Positions 57,784-64,000 of a stretch of DNA of 64,000 nucleotides are shown piece by piece. The DNA comes from an uncultured delta proteobacterium (lineage in GTDB: Bacteria; Desulfobacterota; Binatia; UBA9968): positions 1,088,001 through 1,152,000 of the forward strand of contig CAVYTU010000017.1 in assembly GCA_963771465.1 (NCBI GenBank), read 5' to 3'. The notes beneath the pieces are model-generated. The model was not told where the DNA came from and did no database searches. It saw only the letters and a list, made by a program, of their open reading frames with translations. Every line of letters begins with the position of its first letter. Position 1 is the stretch's first letter. The translations under genes and the position numbers were made by a program.

Positions 57784-59442
57784 TTAAACGGATCGGCCCG
57801 AGTGGGTCTTGCCCCAGCGAGCGCGCATCGTCTTCATGGTATCGCCTTCACCGATCTCGACGCGAGTTTGGCGCAAACGCTCCCAGACTTGTTCATGCTC
57901 GCTGTTGGCCGCGAGATCGGCTTCCGCCGATAAATCGTCGGGCCAATAGCCCATTAAGTAACCGTGCCAAGGCTCTTGCGGTTCGAGTTTCGGCAAGCCG
58001 AGTTCTTCCCACAGTTCTTTGGCGCGCACCATGAACTCTTTCTTGGGCAACGAGAGGGGTGGAAAGTCGGCTTTTCTCGTCGCGTCGATCAACACCGACG
58101 ATTCGCAGTTGTCGTAGCGGCTCGATGGGTGGGTACAGACCATGCCGATGGGCGTGGCGCCAAACGGACGGTCGGGAATAATTTTAAAATCTTTGTGCGG
58201 CTGCGAACGGTGGGTGATCGCCCAGGTGACTGCGACAAGGTCTTTGATATTGATATCTTCGTCGACGGCGACCACCATCTTGCCGACTCGATCACCGTAG
58301 TCCAATATCGCTTGCATCACTTGCCCAGGCTCTTCATCGTTACGTTTCTTGAGACTGACGGCGACGTAGGGGCGCAGATTGACCAGCGGTTCGATCAGAT
58401 GGACATCGTGCACGCTGTCAAAACCTTTCTTGATCAGGTAGCGCTTGATCAAAGTCGACATGCCCATCGCTTTGATCTTGGAGCTTTCGCTCGGCGTTAC
58501 CTGGCTGATGATCGAAACCCAGATGGGATTTTTCCGATGGGTAACGCATTTCAATTCGAACATCAGGCTCAAAGTACGCGGGTCGATATAGCCCATGGAC
58601 TCGCCGTAGGGGCCTTCTTCTTCCATGTACTGGGTCGGAATGATGCCCTCGAGGACGATCTCCGAAGTGGCCGGCACTTCGAGATCGACGGTTTTGCATT
58701 TGATTAATTTGACCGGCGCGCCTTGCAGACCGCCGGCGAGGGCGAGCTCATCGACATCGGGAGGAACTTTCTGCGTCGCTGCATAGGAAACCACCGGAAT
58801 CGTGCCGACAACGATGGCGACTTCCAGCGGTTTGCCCATGCGCCGGCACTTTTCCCACTGATTGGACAAGTCTTGCGGCGTACCGGTCATCAGGCCGCTG
58901 CGGTCCGGCCCTTTGATCAGACCGCGGTAGTTGCCGACGTTGCGCTGTCCGGTTTCCGGATCTTTGGTGATCCAATGGCCGGCGGTGATGTAAGGACCGT
59001 TATCGAAGCCCGGCGTCGAGATTGGAATCGCAAACTCATTGATACCGCCATGGGCGAGTAGCTCGGCGCCCATATGAATTTCTTCTTGCGCCGGGCCGCT
59101 ATCGACCATTACTGGCGCAATCAGATGATCGAGCGCGTATATCCAGCGATCGGGGACTTCTTCGGGCTCGCATTTCAATCCCAGACTGTAAATTGCCGAA
59201 GAACCCGAAAGCCCGCCGACGAGAACCCGGCAGTTGTATTTGTGTTTTTTGCCGTCGACAACGTTATCGAACAAAAAGCCGCGCCGAGCTTCCTCAGCGA
59301 TGCCGCCGCGATACTGCCAACGCACCAGCGGTTGGAGCTCGCTGTCCTTGTTGATTTCCTTGCTGATGCGATAAAGCTTTTCATGCTCATCAAGGACGCT
59401 GATGAATTCTCTCAAGTCTTCGTACGGTTTGGCAAAATTCAT
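57784..59442 (-). CDS. UbiD-family (de)carboxylase
   Basis: DLREFI..L, NVGNYR, EIVLEG, EGPYGE, VDEDI, IDATRK. Confidence 0.9.
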   Translation of the reverse strand: MNFAKPYEDLREFISVLDEHEKLYRISKEINKDSELQPLVRWQYRGGIAEEARRGFLFDNVVDGKKHKYNCRVLVGGLSGSSAIYSLGLKCEPEEVPDRWIYALDHLIAPVMVDSGPAQEEIHMGAELLAHGGINEFAIPISTPGFDNGPYITAGHWITKDPETGQRNVGNYRGLIKGPDRSGLMTGTPQDLSNQWEKCRRMGKPLEVAIVVGTIPVVSYAATQKVPPDVDELALAGGLQGAPVKLIKCKTVDLEVPATSEIVLEGIIPTQYMEEEGPYGESMGYIDPRTLSLMFELKCVTHRKNPIWVSIISQVTPSESSKIKAMGMSTLIKRYLIKKGFDSVHDVHLIEPLVNLRPYVAVSLKKRNDEEPGQVMQAILDYGDRVGKMVVAVDEDINIKDLVAVTWAITHRSQPHKDFKIIPDRPFGATPIGMVCTHPSSRYDNCESSVLIDATRKADFPPLSLPKKEFMVRAKELWEELGLPKLEPQEPWHGYLMGYWPDDLSAEADLAANSEHEQVWERLRQTRVEIGEGDTMKTMRARWGKTHSGRSV

Positions 59443-59542
59443 AGGACTTTTGTCTATGCTTTTTTTCCGTCTGATTCAAGTCGGAGTATGAAATTCACTT
59501 GCAAAAAAACATCCCGATCCGTAAGATTGGTTGCTCACCGAT

Positions 59543-60940
59543 ATGGCGCTCCGAATGTTTAATACGTTGAGCGGCGCGAAAGAGATATTTTCGCCGCTGA
59601 CGCCGGGAAAGGTGCGCATGTATGTCTGCGGCGTCACGGTCTATGACTCGGCGCATCTCGGTCACTGCCGCTTTCTGCTGACTTTCGACGTGATTTTCCG
59701 TTATCTCCGTTTCTGCGGCTACGATGTTGACTATGCGCGGAACTTCACTGACGTCGACGACAAGATTATCAAGCGCGCCAACGATGAAGGCGTCGATTGC
59801 GCGGCGATCACCGAACGCTATATCGCCGAATTCAATCGCGACGGCGCCGCGCTGGCGTTGTTGGCGCCTAGCGTCGAGCCGCGGGCGACGCAGCATATTA
59901 CGGAAATCATTGCGATCATTCGCCAGCTTGAGGCAAAAGGTCTCGCTTATTGCATCGACGGCGATGTTTATTACGCGGTCGGTGGATTTGCGGGCTACGG
60001 CAAACTGTCGGGCAAAAAGATCGACGAGATCGAAGCCGGCGCAAGGGTCGAAATAGACGAACGCAAGCGCTCGCCGCTCGATTTTGCGCTGTGGAAGTCG
60101 AGCAAGCCCGGCGAGCCGACTTGGGAGAGTCCATGGGGTCCCGGGCGGCCGGGCTGGCATATCGAATGCTCGGCGATGAGCACGAAATATTTGGGCCAGC
60201 CGTTCGATATTCACGGCGGCGGGCGCGATCTGATTTTTCCCCACCATGAAAATGAGATCGCCCAATCCGAAGGCGCAACGGGTCAGCCGTTGGCGCGTTA
60301 TTGGATCCACAACGGCTTTCTCAATATCAATCAGGAAAAGATGTCGAAGTCGCTCGGTAATTTTTTCACCATCCGGGAAGTGCTCGAAAACTTCGATGCG
60401 GCGGCATTACGCCATTATTTTCTGTCGAGCCACTACCGCAGCCCGATGGATTTCTCCAAGGATGGACTCGAAGAAGCTGGCAAAGCGATCGATCGCATCT
60501 ATGAAACCGTCGATCGAGTTGACCGCGCGGTTAATTCCGTCGCCGCGGCCGACGGCGCGCTGATGGCGTCATTTCGTCAGGAAATGGATGATGACTTCAA
60601 CACGCCTCGGGCGCTGGCGCTGGTCTTCGACGAAGTGCGTGCGCTCAATCGGTTGCTCGACGACAAGCAGCTAAAAGGGGTTGAGCCCCGCGCCGCGGCA
60701 TTGCGTTCGATGTGCGATACTCTCGGTCTATTGCACGAAGGCTATTTCGAGCGCAAAAAAATCCGCTGGCTCGGCAAGGCGACGATCAGCCGTGATGGTA
60801 TCGAGAACCTCATCGGTGAACGGGAGCGGGCGCGTAAAGCGAAGAACTGGGGCGAGGCCGATCGGATTCGCAACCAACTTGCCGCCAGCGGTGTCATCAT
60901 CGAAGACACGCCGGAAGGGACGGTATGGAAAGTAAAATGA
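59543..60940 (+). CDS. cysS: Cysteine--tRNA ligase
   Basis: MYVCGVTVYD.AHLGH, PGWHIECS, HGGG.DL.FPHHENE, KMSKS. Confidence 0.97.
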   Translation: MALRMFNTLSGAKEIFSPLTPGKVRMYVCGVTVYDSAHLGHCRFLLTFDVIFRYLRFCGYDVDYARNFTDVDDKIIKRANDEGVDCAAITERYIAEFNRDGAALALLAPSVEPRATQHITEIIAIIRQLEAKGLAYCIDGDVYYAVGGFAGYGKLSGKKIDEIEAGARVEIDERKRSPLDFALWKSSKPGEPTWESPWGPGRPGWHIECSAMSTKYLGQPFDIHGGGRDLIFPHHENEIAQSEGATGQPLARYWIHNGFLNINQEKMSKSLGNFFTIREVLENFDAAALRHYFLSSHYRSPMDFSKDGLEEAGKAIDRIYETVDRVDRAVNSVAAADGALMASFRQEMDDDFNTPRALALVFDEVRALNRLLDDKQLKGVEPRAAALRSMCDTLGLLHEGYFERKKIRWLGKATISRDGIENLIGERERARKAKNWGEADRIRNQLAASGVIIEDTPEGTVWKVK

Positions 60941-62748
60941 AGCGCGGTTTACTTTGGCTGCTGGCGATCTCAGTGTGGTCGCCGGCGTCAAACACACTCG
61001 CTGCCGCGCCGGAAGGCGCGCCCAAGGCGCCGGAAATAAGCTTGCGCAAAGCGGTCAATACCCGACAGTTCCAGGGCAAGGAAATCGAAGGCGAGGATCG
61101 TCAGGTCGCCCCGGGCGACTCTCTGTGGCGGATTCTTGTCGAAGAAAAGGGCGTGGCGGGGAAGCAATTTCGCAGCTATGTGGTCATCATCCGGGGTTTG
61201 AATCCACAGATCAAAAATCTCGACGTGCTGCGCGTCGGCGACAAAATTTTTATTCCATTGCAAGCGGAACAGTTGGTCAAAAGCGCGACTCCCGGCGAAG
61301 TTCTCGTGACTGATAAAGCACAGCCAACCAAAGGATTAACCAACAACTATCGGATTAAGGCCGGCGAACACCTTTATCAAATATTGCGCGAGCAGTTGAA
61401 GGTCAGCGATGAACGCAAGGTGGCGCAATACTATGCGCTAGTGAAAGACCTCAATCCCGAGCGCAAGAATTGGGACACGCTTGTAGAAGGCGAGACGATT
61501 CGTTTGCCGGTCGTCGGCCAGAGTTATGATACGCCGACGCTCGCGGCAGCGCCTGTGAAACCGATCGCTGAGCCGGTTGCGCCGGCCCAAGTAAAAGCCG
61601 CTCCCGAGGTGAAGTCGGTCGCCGAGGATAAGGGAGCGGCGCCGGCGCGGACAGAGAATAGAGTCGACCGGCGCCAGGCGCTGCGTTCGCCGGCGAAAGA
61701 AAACTTGGCGCTGTTTGCCAAAGTTGCCGAAGCCATGGGCAGCCAAGTACAACAAAGCGGTGAAGAAGTGATCGGTATGAAAGAGGGCGCCGTTCGTTTC
61801 GACAAAACAAAATATCCGGTGGTTTATCATCCCGCTCTCGGGCAACGCGTAGTGATCGACCCCGAAGGGAGTATCCCCGCCTCGCTGCGCAGCAGATTGG
61901 CGGAGCCGAGTATTGGGGCGCCGATCTTGCCGATGGCCAACGGGGTTTCGATTCAAGACGCGGTGAGCCAGTTGCTTTCCGAGTTGGGCTACCAGGCCTT
62001 GCCGACGGACCGGCCGGTGGTGATACAAGAAGACGGCGTGTCGTATGAAGCCAAAGGCAACTGGATGGCTTTGGCGCCCGAAGAAAGCAACAAGCCGCAG
62101 CAGGTGTTCATCATCAATGTCACCGACGACGTCGGCGAAATTCCCGAATATTTAAAACTGCAACTGCTAAAAAACGGTCTGCATTTCAAAGATGTATTGC
62201 TGCCGTCGTCGGCCGCGCCGATACGAAGTGAGACGCCCAGCGCGGCGGATTCGCGTGTGGCATCCACCAAAGTGTGGCCGCGCGATAAAAAAGAAATCGT
62301 CGATGCGTTACTGTTGTCGCTTCACGTACCCTTCGGCGTCGCCGAGACATTGTCGGTGGAACTCCAAAGTGGTTTACGGATCGATGCGCGCACCGATCGA
62401 ATATTCGAGCTCGGCGGCAAGCGCACGGCATTATTTTTCCAACGCTCCGACCCGGAAATTCGAAAAGCGTTGCAAGACAAAGAAGGCGTGCGCACCGTGG
62501 AGCTGGAAATTGGCGCGCTTTCATCGCGTGAGATCATCACTCGATTGCTCAATCTAGTGGGCGATCCATCGGCCTATCGGGAACATCGCTTTGCCGCGGC
62601 CGCCGGCGCCGCACAGGATCGCTTGACCGTAACGGCATGGGGGTTTCATCTGCCAAAACGGTCGCTGTTCATCACCGATCGGCAGATTCCCGCGCCACTG
62701 CATCGTTTCTTTTTTGAAAAAGGCTTGGAGATCGTTTATTTTCAATAG
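60937..62748 (+). CDS. Secreted protein with two LysM-like domains
   Basis: Signal peptide; VAPGDSLWRI...LNP.I.NLD.LRVG..IFIP and IKAGEHL..I...LNP...LVEGETIRLP; ATGA overlap with cysS. Confidence 0.8.
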   Translation: MKRGLLWLLAISVWSPASNTLAAAPEGAPKAPEISLRKAVNTRQFQGKEIEGEDRQVAPGDSLWRILVEEKGVAGKQFRSYVVIIRGLNPQIKNLDVLRVGDKIFIPLQAEQLVKSATPGEVLVTDKAQPTKGLTNNYRIKAGEHLYQILREQLKVSDERKVAQYYALVKDLNPERKNWDTLVEGETIRLPVVGQSYDTPTLAAAPVKPIAEPVAPAQVKAAPEVKSVAEDKGAAPARTENRVDRRQALRSPAKENLALFAKVAEAMGSQVQQSGEEVIGMKEGAVRFDKTKYPVVYHPALGQRVVIDPEGSIPASLRSRLAEPSIGAPILPMANGVSIQDAVSQLLSELGYQALPTDRPVVIQEDGVSYEAKGNWMALAPEESNKPQQVFIINVTDDVGEIPEYLKLQLLKNGLHFKDVLLPSSAAPIRSETPSAADSRVASTKVWPRDKKEIVDALLLSLHVPFGVAETLSVELQSGLRIDARTDRIFELGGKRTALFFQRSDPEIRKALQDKEGVRTVELEIGALSSREIITRLLNLVGDPSAYREHRFAAAAGAAQDRLTVTAWGFHLPKRSLFITDRQIPAPLHRFFFEKGLEIVYFQ

Positions 62749-62754
62749 CCGCGC

Positions 62755-62831
62755 GCGCCCGTAGCTCAACTGGACAGAGCATCAGACTTCGAATCTGAGG
62801 GTTGGCGGTTCAAATCCGTCCGGGCGCGCCA
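62755..62831 (+). tRNA. tRNA-Arg (anticodon TCG)
   Basis: Acceptor GCGCCCG/CGGGCGC, anticodon arm TCAGA-CTTCGAA-TCTGA, T-loop GTTCAAATC, encoded CCA; 77 nt. Confidence 0.95.
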
Positions 62832-62973
62832 TAAATCAACTACTTAGCTCGCCTCTGTGTCCCCGATGTGTCCAAAATGTGTCCAGCGCGCCGCCCTATC
62901 AACACGAAATCGTGAAACTAACTCTCACGGCGCGTAGAAAAAACGGTTCTCCCAAAAGGATGTGAAATAAACG

Positions 62974-63159
62974 ATGACGACAACCTGTTTTCATTGCCAC
63001 GAGGAAATAAGTGAACCGGAATCATATTTCCAAGCCCTCTTACGAGACCAAAACGGTCAAGACACTCTCGCTTTTTTTCATCCAGAATGTTGCGAGCCGT
63101 TCGCAAAGCGCTTGAGGGCCGAACGTGAGTATCAGATAGTGGCTCACGAACGAAATTAA
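62974..63159 (+). CDS. Small putative zinc-binding protein
   Basis: CFHC...FHPECC; 61 aa. Confidence 0.45.
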   Translation: MTTTCFHCHEEISEPESYFQALLRDQNGQDTLAFFHPECCEPFAKRLRAEREYQIVAHERN

Positions 63160-63387
63160 GGCCCCGACCCTAGGGTGTAAGAGTTTAGGAGTGATAAATG
63201 AAAAAGCTGTGTGCATTCCTGACGCGCGCCGCTACGTTGTAGCTGTTAAAATGCTCGGAGAAGTGAAGACCGAGTTGCCGCTTTGGGATGACAGATTCTC
63301 CCAAAACTTTGCTTCAATCTTCGATCTAAAGACCCGAAAGCATCATGCGAACAGAAAGGTAGCGGCTTGACATACCAACTCGGAACC

Positions 63388-64000
63388 CTACGGGTCGGGG
63401 ATGAAGTTGAATTGCTGGACTCGCGCGAATGCGGCGGAATCATGTCCCGGGTTCGGGTCGGCTTTGTTCTCGCGGAAGTGAATGGCGAGCTCGTTCATTT
63501 TGTCCACTAGCAGCGCGGTGCATGCCTGCTGAATTCCGCGTGTCGCGACTCTCAGCAGCTTCACGGAGTTGATCCTTTTCACGTTCGTTGCGCCGGTCCC
63601 CTGATAGTTCACGCCGAGTTCGTTTAACCAGCCATGGATGAATAACGTTTTTGAAATACTATAGATTCTTCTTTTTCTTTTGGGTGCGGGTGTGTTTGCC
63701 TTCAATTGGTTTTTGATCAGAATGATTACTTCACCCTTCTCTTCCGGTATTCGATGACCATTTATGGTGCCTTTCTTGGTTTTACGTTGGCGGAAATTTT
63801 CAACGAGCCACCCGGCAAGGGCGATGATAGCCGCGTTATTTGAGACAGCAATAATCACATTCCTTACGGTTTTAAGGTCTGAAGACTTTTTTATCTCCGG
63901 GTGTACTTTTACGCCGTTAAGTTCCAGGGAGCACAATTCTTTATATAACTCCTTATCCTCGGTAGCTAAGGAAATTTCATCAGATTTCAAAATGCATTTA
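63388..64000 (-). CDS. Hypothetical protein (AT-richer, probably 5' partial)
   Basis: 200+ codon frame extending to the window edge; no recognisable family. Confidence 0.35.
   Translation of the reverse strand, partial: KCILKSDEISLATEDKELYKELCSLELNGVKVHPEIKKSSDLKTVRNVIIAVSNNAAIIALAGWLVENFRQRKTKKGTINGHRIPEEKGEVIILIKNQLKANTPAPKRKRRIYSISKTLFIHGWLNELGVNYQGTGATNVKRINSVKLLRVATRGIQQACTALLVDKMNELAIHFRENKADPNPGHDSAAFARVQQFNFIPDP

Noticed and set aside
55806-60310. Long antisense ORFs (55806..56678 +, 57964..58707 +, 59495..60310 -)
   Set aside because: They are shadow frames of well-supported genes in GC-rich DNA and have no motifs.
62755-62831. tRNA-Sec (selC)
   Set aside because: The anticodon is TCG, not TCA; it is 77 nt with a short variable loop and a 7-bp acceptor stem.

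Overview
64 kb of a GC-rich bacterial chromosome. The many orphan NMT1/SsuA- and TctC-type binding proteins, UbiD decarboxylases, xanthine-dehydrogenase-family clusters and short intergenic repeats suggest a Binatota/deltaproteobacteria-like genome (inference). Housekeeping genes are ychF, thiI, ygfZ-like, cysS and tRNA-Arg(UCG); most of the rest is aromatic/heterocycle catabolism and transport. The main hidden signal is at 42.9-48.7 kb. Two paralogous BCP/PrxQ peroxiredoxins, truncated in the ORF track, each have an in-frame TGA at the peroxidatic Cys (codon 45) followed by a SECIS-like hairpin whose pairing is kept despite sequence change, so both look like selenoproteins. They flank a CysL-like LysR regulator, a non-heme-iron sulfoxide synthase resembling the fungal Egt1 type, a DUF427 protein and a leaderless PhnD-like binding protein. 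This is a candidate undescribed selenium/thiohistidine antioxidant module. Other notable items: a candidate ~170-nt structured RNA at 23.1-23.3 kb, an integrase-less attC cassette cluster with decaying genes at 37.7-39.7 kb, an operon joining a CADD-like dimetal oxidase to 3-hydroxyanthranilate dioxygenase, a UbiD with a one-base frameshift, and a probable island edge after tRNA-Arg. All family calls come from motif recognition, not database searches.
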